Shown in pieces: positions 24,936 through 33,058 of a stretch of 64,000 nt of DNA; position 1 is the first letter of the stretch, and every line of letters starts with the position of its first letter. The translations under genes and the position numbers were made by a program. The notes beneath the pieces are model-generated. The model had not been told where the DNA came from and ran no database searches. It was given only the letters and a program-made list of their open reading frames with translations. This DNA comes from an uncultured Kofleriaceae bacterium. GTDB lineage: Bacteria > Myxococcota_A > Polyangia > GCA-2747355 > CAZCFB01. The stretch is from the NCBI GenBank assembly GCA_964497805.1, contig CAZCFB010000007.1:11849-75848 (forward strand). The letters are read 5' to 3'.

Positions 24936-26606
24936 TCAGTAGAGCTTCTTGAGCTGGCTGCCAGGGTAGTAGTGCTGGAGGATCTGCTGGTGGGTCTTGC
25001 CCGCCGCGCCCATGCCGGTGGAGCCGGTCTGGCACATGCCGACCCCGTGCCCCCAGCCGCCGCCCGTGAAGACGAAGGCCGCCGGCGGTCCGCCGCCTGG
25101 CCCGGCCTCGGCCTGTACGATGAACATGGAGCTGCGCAGGCCTCCAAACTGGCGCCGGATGGTGAGCTCCCCCTTGACCGTCTTGGCCCCCCGGGTGCCG
25201 CTCACCTTCACCGCTCTGGCCCGGCCGGAGATCCCGCGCTGGAGCACCTCAATGGAGCGCACCTTGCCCACGCCCAGGGCCGCGGTGAGGCGATCCACCC
25301 GGGCGCTTGAGAGGCGCACCGTCCAGCGGATCTTCTTCTTGTTGTAGCGGCTCTTGGCGCACCAGGAGGCGGGAGGGCGGGCCAGCCAGCGGGCCAGGAC
25401 CTTGTCCCGGATCCCGCGCCTGTATGGGGCCATGGCCCTGTCGTCCGCCGGCGCGTCCAGGTGCCCGCGCAGGTTGTTGTCCGGGGGCACGGGCCAGACG
25501 TTATCGTTGTGTTCAGTGTGGCCGCCGCACACCGCGCTGTAGACGGTGTCCACCAGGCCGCCGTTCTGCCGCACCAGGAGCTGGCCCCGGGTGGCCTCCA
25601 CCGCGGCGGTGGTGCGCGGGTGCTCCTGGCCGGCGCCGGCGTACACCTGACAGTGCACACGGGAGCAGAGCAGGTGCGGATCCTCCAGGTGGCGGGTGCC
25701 GATCTTGGCCAGCAGCTGCCCCCTGGCCGCCACGGCCTGGGCCTTCAGGGCGGCCTCCGGCGCGGAGGGAAAGATCTCGGCGGGCACCAAACCCGCCAGG
25801 AGCTTGTCAGCAGGGACCGCGTTGACCAGGACCATTCGCCCTGCGCGATCCGCGGCAACATAGACCTCCCCCCAGTACGGCTTGGTCACGCGGGCGCCCC
25901 CCCGGTTGTAGCTCACCTTGATCCGCTTGCCCGGAGCCGGGGCGAACCAGAGCACATCCTTGATGGTGGCGGTGGCGCGGGCGCTGGCCGGGGTGTCCAG
26001 GGCCACCGCCTGGAAGCGGCCCGACGGCCGCCGCTCAAGCTTTGCCACGGCCGAGGGGCGGGAGAACCCGTACTTCTTGGCCTGGGCCTCCGAGACGCTC
26101 ACGGCCCTGGAGCGGCCACGGTGCGGCCCGGACACGAGCAGGAAGGCCCGGCTGTCGAACACCTTGCCCTTGACCCCGAACACCGTGCCCACCTCCATGA
26201 TCTCCGGCTTGAGGCCCCGCGTCTGCCATCGCCTCAGGTCTTCCCGCATGGGGGCCAGGCCACCGTAATGGTGCCGGGCGAGGATGGCGAAGTACCGCGC
26301 CCGGGCCGGCCGGCTCCCCCGCTTGAGGGTCACCTGCCAACGCTTCCCGGCGCGCACCTCGGATCCTGCCTCGCCGTCGGGGAGCAGCCTGGGGGGCTCG
26401 TCGCTCTCGATGATCGCCTCGCGGAGGCCGTCGGCGATGGCCACCGTGACCACGGGCACGCCCCGAGCGTCGAAGGCGAACTGGTTGGAGTAGAGGCTGC
26501 GCAGCTTGTCAGCCCGGCTGAGTTGATCAGCCAGGGCCGGCGTGCTCGCCAGGATCGGGAGGAGGAGGAGTGCCGTTATCGTGCGTCTCATCATGATCAG
26601 CGCCAT
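24936..26606 (-). CDS. SpoIID/LytB-domain protein (lytic transglycosylase / amidase-enhancer family)
   Basis: Signal peptide 'ALLLLPILASTPALA'. Hallmark 'YSAVCGGHTE' and C-terminal 'GGGWGHGVGMCQTGSTGMA'. Confidence 0.85.
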   Translation of the reverse strand: MALIMMRRTITALLLLPILASTPALADQLSRADKLRSLYSNQFAFDARGVPVVTVAIADGLREAIIESDEPPRLLPDGEAGSEVRAGKRWQVTLKRGSRPARARYFAILARHHYGGLAPMREDLRRWQTRGLKPEIMEVGTVFGVKGKVFDSRAFLLVSGPHRGRSRAVSVSEAQAKKYGFSRPSAVAKLERRPSGRFQAVALDTPASARATATIKDVLWFAPAPGKRIKVSYNRGGARVTKPYWGEVYVAADRAGRMVLVNAVPADKLLAGLVPAEIFPSAPEAALKAQAVAARGQLLAKIGTRHLEDPHLLCSRVHCQVYAGAGQEHPRTTAAVEATRGQLLVRQNGGLVDTVYSAVCGGHTEHNDNVWPVPPDNNLRGHLDAPADDRAMAPYRRGIRDKVLARWLARPPASWCAKSRYNKKKIRWTVRLSSARVDRLTAALGVGKVRSIEVLQRGISGRARAVKVSGTRGAKTVKGELTIRRQFGGLRSSMFIVQAEAGPGGGPPAAFVFTGGGWGHGVGMCQTGSTGMGAAGKTHQQILQHYYPGSQLKKLY

Positions 26607-26732
26607 AGTAGTCCACTTCAGGGACGGTGTCCGGAGCGTATCTGTTCAACGGCGCCCCCGGGGCCAATGGCCCCGAGGCCCCCGTCGCGGCCTCCGGCCG
26701 CATTGTTGCTTCGCACGGCTTCGCCGCGCTGG

Positions 26733-26753
26733 GCCGGGCGCCAAACGCCCGGC
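26733..26753 (-). terminator. GC-rich hairpin directly after the CPBP stop (candidate terminator without a U-tract)
   Basis: GCCGGGCG (26733-26740), loop ccaaa, CGCCCGGC (26746-26753). This is a perfect 8-bp stem 3 nt downstream of the TAG at 26756-26758. No T-run follows on the minus strand, so the function is uncertain. Confidence 0.3.
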
Positions 26754-26755
26754 GT

Positions 26756-27331
26756 CTACTCTTCGACGATGTCAGGGGCGTATCTCTCAAGCTGGCTCAG
26801 GTTGAGGAAGTTGATCAGGAAGTGGGCCAGCATGGCGCCGGCCAGGTTGTGGGTCCACAGGGTGATGGCCCCCATTGCCAGGCCCATGAGCGCGGCGGTG
26901 GCGGTCCAGGGCAGGTAGCGCGCCCGGGGAGGCAGGTGGGCCAGCCCGAAGATTGCCGAGGTGATCCAGAGCCCCAGGCTGGGCTGCATGGCCCCACGGA
27001 AGAAGAGCTCCTCGCCAATGGACGAGAGGAGGGCCAGCCAGAAAGCGTCCCGGCGGGAGAGGGGGCCGAGCACCTGGCCGAACCAGCGGTACATCTCACG
27101 GGCCCAGGCCAGCCAGGCCAGGGAGAGCCGGGTGAGGAGCACCACGCTGATGCCCAGGCCCAGGCCAGCGGTCACGCCGAGCAACAGGTCCATGGGGGAG
27201 GTGATCCCGGGGGAGAACAGGAGCCACGGCCTCCCCGTGAGCGCCCCCCAGATCAGGGCGGCGATGGAGAGGATTGCATAAAGTAAAACGGCCAGCTTGA
27301 GCTGGCCGTTTCGTGAGGCTTGTGCTTCCAA
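26756..27331 (-). CDS. CPBP-family intramembrane glutamic endopeptidase (CAAX protease-like); start uncertain
   Basis: Motif 1 'SIGEELFFRG', motif 2 'FGLAHL', motif 3 'AHFLINF', and multiple TM helices. The listed TTG start abuts the tRNA 3' end, and the first ~18 codons contain the tRNA terminator hairpin. The first ATG is at 27193. Confidence 0.72.
   Translation of the reverse strand: MEAQASRNGQLKLAVLLYAILSIAALIWGALTGRPWLLFSPGITSPMDLLLGVTAGLGLGISVVLLTRLSLAWLAWAREMYRWFGQVLGPLSRRDAFWLALLSSIGEELFFRGAMQPSLGLWITSAIFGLAHLPPRARYLPWTATAALMGLAMGAITLWTHNLAGAMLAHFLINFLNLSQLERYAPDIVEE
27276..27311 (-). terminator. Rho-independent terminator of tRNA-Leu
   Basis: The minus strand reads 'AAACGGCCAGC-TCAA-GCTGGCCGTTT' followed by 'TACTTTAT'. 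This is an 11-bp perfect stem (27286-27296 with 27301-27311) and a 4-nt loop, giving a U-rich tail 'UUUUACUUUAU'. It begins 21 nt after the tRNA CCA end. Confidence 0.65.
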
Positions 27332-27332
27332 C

Positions 27333-27417
27333 TGGTGCGAGGAGGGGGATTCGAACCCCCACAGGTCGCCCCGCTAGCCCCTCAAGCTAGTGCGTCTACC
27401 GATTCCGCCATCCTCGC
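27333..27417 (-). tRNA. tRNA-Leu (anticodon GAG), class II with a long variable arm and an encoded CCA
   Basis: The reverse complement reads 'GCGAGGA TG GCGG AATCGGTAGA CGC A CTAGC TTGAGGG GCTAG CGGGGCGACCTGT GGGGG TTCGAAT CCCCC TCCTCGC A CCA'. The 7-bp acceptor stem pairs perfectly, the T-loop is GTTCGAATC, and the anticodon loop is TT-GAG-GG. Confidence 0.9.
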
Positions 27418-27435
27418 GGCGTCTAAAGCCTGGTT

Positions 27436-27464
27436 TAAATAGCGGCACAGAGAGCCCCTGTCAA
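27436..27464 (-). promoter_or_regulatory. Candidate sigma70-type promoter of tRNA-Leu
   Basis: The minus strand reads TTGACA (27464-27459), a 17-nt spacer, then TATTTA (27441-27436). The -10 element ends 18 nt upstream of the mature tRNA 5' end. The -35 is a perfect consensus and the -10 matches 3 of 6. Confidence 0.45.
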
Positions 27465-27467
27465 CTA

Positions 27468-28862
27468 TCAAACCACATGCACCTTCAACAGGTCGCTGGC
27501 ACCATCCTGTCGGGTTCCCATGACAATGACGACCACCTCGTCCTTCTTGATCAGGCCGCGCGTCTGGGCGGCCTCCAGCATTCGGGCGATGGTGCGGTCA
27601 GTGGAGGGGGTTTCATCGATGCAGAGCGGCGTCACCCCCCAGGGCAGGGCGAGGCGGCGGAACACGGTCCGGGAGGAGGTCACCGCGAGGATTTCCGCCT
27701 CGGGCCGGTACTCGGCGATGAGCGCCGCCGACGTGCCCGACTCGGTGTAGCAGAGGATGGTGGAGGCCTTGAGCTCGCGGGCCGCCACAACCGCCGCGTG
27801 GGCCACGGCGTTGGTGCTCTCCGGCCGCCCCATGGAGGGGCGCCTGGGCAGGGCGCCATAGCGGGGAGAGCCCTCGGTGGTGGAGACGATGCTGTGCATG
27901 GTCAGCACAGCCTTGATGGGGTACTCGCCCGAGGCGGTCTCGCCGCTGAGCATCACCGCGTCGGTGCCGTCCAGGATGGCGTTGGCCACATCCGAGGCCT
28001 CGGCGCGGGTGGGCCGTGGACGCTCCCGCATGGAGTCGAGCATCTCGGTGGCGGTGATCACGACCTTGCCCGCCGCGTTGGTCTGCTCGATGAGTCGTTT
28101 CTGGATCAGGGGCACCCGCTCCGGCCCCATCTCCACGCCCAGGTCGCCGCGGGCCACCATGATGCCGTCCGATTCGGCGAGGATCTCGTCGAACCGGTCC
28201 ACCGCCTCCGGCTTCTCGATCTTCGAGATGACCGGGATCCCGCTGGCCAGGCTCTTGGCCTTGCGCACATCGTCCGGGGTGCGCACAAAGGAGATGGCCA
28301 GGTAGTCCACCTCCAGCTCAACGGCCAGGGTCAGATCCCGGAGATCCTTCTCGGTGAGCGAGGGGGTGGAGAGGGCCACACCGGGCAGGTTCATGCCCTT
28401 GCGATCCGAAAGGTCGCCGCCCACCTCCACCTTGCAGCGCACGTCCTTGCCCTCCGCGCCCAGGACCCGCAGCTCCAGCCGGCCGTCGTCCAGCAGGATC
28501 CGATCCCCGACGCCCACGTCCCGGTGGAGGGGGCCGTAGGTGTGCGGGATCCACCCCGCCGTGCCCACCACCTCCTCGGCGGTGAGCATGACCTCGTTGC
28601 CCCGCTCGAGCTGGATTGGCTTGCCGTCCTGCATCTTGCCCACCCGGATCTTGGGCCCCTGGAGATCGGCCAGCACTGCCACGGGGCGCTCCCGCTTGCG
28701 GGCCACCTTGCGCACCAACTCCAGGGTGCGCCGGTGGGACTCGTGGGTGCCGTGGGAGAAGTTGAGCCGGGCCACATCCAGGCCGGCGTCCATGAGGCTG
28801 GAGATGACCTCGGCGTCGGCCGAGGAGGGGCCCAGGGTGCAGATGATTTTAGCGCGTCGCAT
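27468..28862 (-). CDS. pyk: Pyruvate kinase
   Basis: 'MRRAKIICTLGPSS', 'ARLNFSHG', 'LADLQGPKIRVG', 'DGIMVARGDLGVE' and 'VITATEMLDSM'. Confidence 0.93.
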   Translation of the reverse strand: MRRAKIICTLGPSSADAEVISSLMDAGLDVARLNFSHGTHESHRRTLELVRKVARKRERPVAVLADLQGPKIRVGKMQDGKPIQLERGNEVMLTAEEVVGTAGWIPHTYGPLHRDVGVGDRILLDDGRLELRVLGAEGKDVRCKVEVGGDLSDRKGMNLPGVALSTPSLTEKDLRDLTLAVELEVDYLAISFVRTPDDVRKAKSLASGIPVISKIEKPEAVDRFDEILAESDGIMVARGDLGVEMGPERVPLIQKRLIEQTNAAGKVVITATEMLDSMRERPRPTRAEASDVANAILDGTDAVMLSGETASGEYPIKAVLTMHSIVSTTEGSPRYGALPRRPSMGRPESTNAVAHAAVVAARELKASTILCYTESGTSAALIAEYRPEAEILAVTSSRTVFRRLALPWGVTPLCIDETPSTDRTIARMLEAAQTRGLIKKDEVVVIVMGTRQDGASDLLKVHVV

Positions 28863-28893
28863 GGGGCGATGCTCCGCCCTGGAGCGGCTCAGG

Positions 28894-29592
28894 TCAATGG
28901 CTATGCGTCTTGTCAGAGGGGATGGACGGCATGTCCTTGGGGACCGGCGGCATGTCCTTGGGGACCGGCGGCATGTCAGGCGGGATGGGGGGCATGTCCG
29001 CCGGGATGGGCGGAAGGTCCACCGGGATGGGCGGCATGTCCACCGGGATGGGGGGGAAGTCCTGCTGGCCGTCCGGCGGCACCGGGAGCTGGTCCAGCCA
29101 CTGGAACTTGTCCGGCTTGGGCCCGATGGTGTCCTTCTTCAGGTCTGGCTTGGGGCCCACATCGGGCACCCTGGCGTCCGGGGGCGGGCCCTGGTCCAGG
29201 TACTTCGTCTTGCTCAGGGTTATGTTGAGCACCTCGCACGAGTCCTCGCTCCCCGAAACCGAGCCGGAGCCCGAGGCGATCAGCATGCTTGCGGAGTTCA
29301 GGGCCTGAATATCCAGCGAGAAATCGAAGTCGCCGGAGACCCGGTCGGCCAGGGAGATCTCGAGGGTTGTCTCCCCGTCGGCCAGGCGGCCAGCCACGAA
29401 GATGTCCTCCTGGTAGACCATGTGCCCCAGGGTCATTGCCAGCACCAGGGTCTTGATCTTGCCGCCGTTGATCCCCGCCCCGAGGCTCAGGTTCAACCGC
29501 ACGGTGGCTCCCTCGCTATAGCACTTCTCCGCGCACCCGGGGAGGAACATGGTGGCGGCCAACACGAACAGCATCAGTCTGAGCGCTTTCAT
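28894..29592 (-). CDS. Lipoprotein with a C-terminal Pro-rich heptad repeat
   Basis: The internal ATG at 29592 (ATGA overlap with the upstream gene) gives 'MKALRLMLFVLAATMFLPGC' with a lipobox. The C-terminus is 'PPIPVDMPPIPVDLPPIPADMPPIPPDMPPVPKDMPPVPKDMPSIPSD'. Confidence 0.6.
   Translation of the reverse strand: MKALRLMLFVLAATMFLPGCAEKCYSEGATVRLNLSLGAGINGGKIKTLVLAMTLGHMVYQEDIFVAGRLADGETTLEISLADRVSGDFDFSLDIQALNSASMLIASGSGSVSGSEDSCEVLNITLSKTKYLDQGPPPDARVPDVGPKPDLKKDTIGPKPDKFQWLDQLPVPPDGQQDFPPIPVDMPPIPVDLPPIPADMPPIPPDMPPVPKDMPPVPKDMPSIPSDKTHSH
28928..29053 (-). repeat. In-frame 21-bp tandem repeat (6 units)
   Basis: Plus-strand units 'ggcatgtccttggggaccggc' at 28928 and 28949, with variants at 28970, 28991, 29012 and 29033. 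They encode the heptad 'PP(I/V)P(x)DM' on the minus strand. Confidence 0.9.
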
Positions 29593-30287
29593 TTGAACGT
29601 GATCACTCCCATCTCGGGCTCCTCGCCAGGTTGATTCGCCATCACCCCGGCGGTCACACCCGTGACCACCACCACCGTCCCTATGGCCGTCCAGAACCAC
29701 CACTTCTTGTAAATCGGTGAACCCTTGGGCTTGACCGAGGACGCCTTGGCCTTTTTCCTGACCGTCTTTTTTTTCTTCTTCACCTTGGGCTTCACCACCA
29801 CCGCCTCTTTGGGCAGCTCCAGGTTCAGCACCAGATGCTCACCGCGCTTGAGCTTCAGCTCCTTGAAGACCGTCACATGGCCGCTCTTGACCAGCTCCAG
29901 CTTGTGCTTGCCGGGCCAGAAATAGAGCCGGTGGGGCAGGGGGGTGGTGCCCCGGTGCTTGGTGTTGACCAGGAGCATGGCCCCCTCCACCGGGCTGGTG
30001 AGGGTGAAGCTGGCCAGCCGGGCGCGCAACCTCTTCAGCTTCTTCTTGGCCTGCTTCTTCCGCTTCCATGAGGCGAAGCCGCCGACCTCCACGCCCGCGG
30101 ACTTGAGGAACTTCTCATAGCTCTCGGCCGCCTTGACCTTCTTGCCGGCCTTGAGGGCCCGGGCCGCCTCCTTGTACAGGGCGGCGGGCTTGACCGGCTC
30201 CGGGGCGGCCTCAACGCTCACCGGAGACCCGACCGCCAGACAGACGGCCGTGGTCAGGAGCATCCGGAAGTACATACGCGCTTTCAT
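29589..30287 (-). CDS. PEGA-domain protein with a signal peptide, a Lys-rich segment and a C-terminal TM helix
   Basis: The ATG at 30287 (SD 'GGAG') gives the signal 'MLLTTAVCLAVGSPVSVEA'. PEGA-like 'SPVEGAMLLVNTKHRGTTPLPHRLYFWPGKHKLELVKSGH'. 'KPKVKKKKKTVRKKAKA' is followed by the TM helix 'WWFWTAIGTVVVVTGVTAGV'. Confidence 0.6.
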   Translation of the reverse strand: MKARMYFRMLLTTAVCLAVGSPVSVEAAPEPVKPAALYKEAARALKAGKKVKAAESYEKFLKSAGVEVGGFASWKRKKQAKKKLKRLRARLASFTLTSPVEGAMLLVNTKHRGTTPLPHRLYFWPGKHKLELVKSGHVTVFKELKLKRGEHLVLNLELPKEAVVVKPKVKKKKKTVRKKAKASSVKPKGSPIYKKWWFWTAIGTVVVVTGVTAGVMANQPGEEPEMGVITFK

Positions 30288-30383
30288 CTCAACTCCAGGG
30301 CGGTTGGGGACCCAATCATATCCCCAGTCGGTGGTGTACCTCACCCTATTTTCTGTTATACCCCCCTGTCCAGGAGAGCACTT

Positions 30384-33041
30384 ATGGTACTTCGACCATT
30401 AATCGCGCTGGTTCTGGCCTCTTTGGCCGGGGCCTGCACCATCGACGGCCCCAACGTGGACATCGACGGCAAGGACGTGGAGGCGATCTTCATCCACACC
30501 TCCGACATCCACTCCCGGCTGATCCCGTACAACATGGACCTGCTCCTGACGGACCAGAAGCTCGGTATGGAGCAGAAGTACGGACCCTTCGGCGGCGTGG
30601 CCCGGCTGTCAGCCCTGCTCAAGCAGGAGCGTCGCAACCACCCGCGCGTGGCGTACATCGACACCGGCGACGTGTTCCAGGGGGCCCCGGTCTTCAACGA
30701 GTTCGGCGGCGACATCGAGTTCAAGGCGATGACCCAGAACAGGGTGGACGCCTTCACCATCGGCAACCACGAGTTTGACAGCGGCGCCCACCATTTCGTA
30801 CGCAAGGCGGTGGAGTTCGCCCACTTCGCCATGCTCGGCGGCAACTACTCTCTGCAAGACTGGAACCGGGCAGGCATCACCCCCAACGGCCGTGTGGCCC
30901 AGCCGTACACCATCATCAACATGAAGGGCCTACGGGTGGGCATCATCGGCCTGGCCTCCATGGGCGGCAGCTACGGCGCCAACCTCAAGGGCCTGGTCAG
31001 GCTGAACAACATCGAGGTGGCCCAGAAGTACGTGGACTTCCTGCGCCCCATCGTCGACCTGGTGGTGATTACCTCCCACGTGGGCTACCACGATGACCGC
31101 GAGATCATCTCCCGCACCGAGGGGGTCGACCTCTACTTCGGCGGTCACCTGCACATCGCCCTGAACCCGCCCGAGGTGGTCAAGGACTGCGACGTGGTCA
31201 AGCTGGAGCGGGAGCGGGACCTGTATATCTGCGACACCCCCGCCAAGCTCTCGGCCTCCGCCGCGGTGTGCGAGGGGAACGCGGAGTGCGACAAGCTCAC
31301 CGGCGCGGACCAGACCAAGTGCAAGCAGAAGTGCGCGGCCAAGGCCAGGACCGACTGCGCCACCGAGGCCAAGGAGCGCCACTACAAGGAGAAGCTGGCC
31401 GAGCTGGACCAGAGCATCGCCTTCCTGAAGCGGCGCAAGTGCCGCCCCCGGGATGTGCCCCTGGTGCACTCCGGCGCCTTCCTCAAGTACATCGGCAAGC
31501 TGGAGGTGACCCTGCGCCAGTGCAACCGGCTGGGCGGGGCGGACTTCTGCCTGCTCAAGGACACCACCACCGGCAAGTGCGTGCCAGGCTACGAGCGGCG
31601 GCGCACCTGCCGCGGGAGCATCACCGGGGCCAACGACTGGGAGGTGCTGGCCCACAAGTACACCCTCGTTCCGGTGGACAGCCGCCTGCCCAGTGACCCG
31701 CAGATGCTTGCCCTGCTGGAGCCGTACACCCTCAAGCTCAACCGCAACCAGCGGCTCACCGAGGTCATCGGGTTCGCGTCCGAGCGGGTGCACCGCTTCG
31801 CCAGCTTCGGCGTGGTCACGCCCGACGGCCAGACCGCGCGCGCCGGCGGCGCCAACAAGGGGGACTCGCCCCTGGGCAACCTGGTCTGCGACTCCATGGG
31901 CAACCGGGCCCAGGTGTGGGCCGACTTTGCGGTGACCAACTCCCTGGGCATGCGCTCGGACATCATCCCCGGGCCGCTGGACGTGGAGCAGATGAATAAC
32001 GTCTTCCCCTTCGAGAACTCCATCACCGTCATGTACCTGTCCGGCTTCGAGGTGCAGGAGATGATGGACTTCATCTCCCAGCGGTCGGCAAGCCGCGGTT
32101 GCCAGCCCCAGGCCCAGGTTTCGGGCATCACTGCCACCCTCAACTGCAAGGGGTGCGACGCCAAGGGGGGCAACTCCTGCGTGAGGAGCACCTACGACGG
32201 CCAGCCGTGCGCCCAGAAGGTGACCATTGGCGGGTCCGGGCGCCCCTGCTCCACGGACGCGGACTGCAAGCTGAACGCGGGCCGGGCCACCGGCGAGATC
32301 TGCTCCACCCTGGACCACCCCGACAAGGTGAGCCAGGCGGGTAAGTCGCAGTGCCGCCTTCCGCTGGTCTGCAACCGGGTCTACCGCCTGGCCACCAACG
32401 ACTACGTAGCCCACGGGGGCAGCGGCTTCGCGGTGCTGGCGCGCAACACGACCCAGAAGAACCTGAAGATCCCCCTGCGCGACTCGGCCACCGACTTCAT
32501 CGTCAACATGCCGGGCTGCGCCTCCATCCCCCAGACCTACAAGCAGAAGGTTGATGGCAAGCCCATCAAGAACGTGATCACCGAGGTGCTCGAGCCGCTG
32601 CTCCCCTCGATCAAGCCGGCGGGCCAGCCCGCCAGCGGGGGCGACTGGCTCAAGCAGATGGAGGCAGCCGCCACCTCGGGCGACTGGAAGGGGGCCAACA
32701 CGGCCATGTCCCAGTTCGTGACCGCGCTCAAGGGCGCCAAGAACGCCATCAAGAGCAAGACCGACGCCACGCGCAAGGGGCTCATCAACTACCTGGCCTG
32801 CATCGACGAGGCCCCCAACGCCAAGACCAGCAAGTGCCTGGGCCTTACCTGCCAGCAGAAGCGCCTCTGCACCACCTACAAGGTCGCGGACAGGGGCAAG
32901 TGTGAGGCCCTGGCCCGTGTGCGGAGCGCGATGACCTGTATCAACCTGCCCTGCATCACGGCGGAGCAGGAGGGCCGGATCAACCTGATCAAGAACGACG
33001 GGGCCGGGACCGCTGACCCGAGCGACCCGTTCCCAGAGTGA
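30384..33041 (+). CDS. Lipoprotein: bifunctional metallophosphatase / 5'-nucleotidase with Cys-rich insertions and a C-terminal extension
   Basis: Lipobox 'LAGAC'. Metallophosphatase motifs 'HTSDIHSRL', 'DTGDVFQG', 'GNHEFD', 'TSHVGYHDD' and 'GGHLH'. 5'-nucleotidase C-domain 'NSLGMRSDI...VFPFENSI...GFEVQEMMDF...NDYVAHGGSGF'. At 885 aa it is much longer than typical UshA/NT5 enzymes. Confidence 0.85.
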   Translation: MVLRPLIALVLASLAGACTIDGPNVDIDGKDVEAIFIHTSDIHSRLIPYNMDLLLTDQKLGMEQKYGPFGGVARLSALLKQERRNHPRVAYIDTGDVFQGAPVFNEFGGDIEFKAMTQNRVDAFTIGNHEFDSGAHHFVRKAVEFAHFAMLGGNYSLQDWNRAGITPNGRVAQPYTIINMKGLRVGIIGLASMGGSYGANLKGLVRLNNIEVAQKYVDFLRPIVDLVVITSHVGYHDDREIISRTEGVDLYFGGHLHIALNPPEVVKDCDVVKLERERDLYICDTPAKLSASAAVCEGNAECDKLTGADQTKCKQKCAAKARTDCATEAKERHYKEKLAELDQSIAFLKRRKCRPRDVPLVHSGAFLKYIGKLEVTLRQCNRLGGADFCLLKDTTTGKCVPGYERRRTCRGSITGANDWEVLAHKYTLVPVDSRLPSDPQMLALLEPYTLKLNRNQRLTEVIGFASERVHRFASFGVVTPDGQTARAGGANKGDSPLGNLVCDSMGNRAQVWADFAVTNSLGMRSDIIPGPLDVEQMNNVFPFENSITVMYLSGFEVQEMMDFISQRSASRGCQPQAQVSGITATLNCKGCDAKGGNSCVRSTYDGQPCAQKVTIGGSGRPCSTDADCKLNAGRATGEICSTLDHPDKVSQAGKSQCRLPLVCNRVYRLATNDYVAHGGSGFAVLARNTTQKNLKIPLRDSATDFIVNMPGCASIPQTYKQKVDGKPIKNVITEVLEPLLPSIKPAGQPASGGDWLKQMEAAATSGDWKGANTAMSQFVTALKGAKNAIKSKTDATRKGLINYLACIDEAPNAKTSKCLGLTCQQKRLCTTYKVADRGKCEALARVRSAMTCINLPCITAEQEGRINLIKNDGAGTADPSDPFPE

Positions 33042-33058
33042 TCGGCGTGAGGACGACA

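Noticed and set aside
27333-27417. tRNA-Leu as a possible integration site for a genomic island
   Set aside because: There is no integrase, no direct repeat of the tRNA 3' end and no compositional break on either side. The flanking genes (pyk and the CPBP protease) look like ordinary chromosomal genes.
27390-29228. 612-aa + strand ORF
   Set aside because: It is antisense to pyruvate kinase and the Pro-repeat lipoprotein and overlaps the tRNA region. Its composition is junk-like, and the pyk motifs on the minus strand are decisive.
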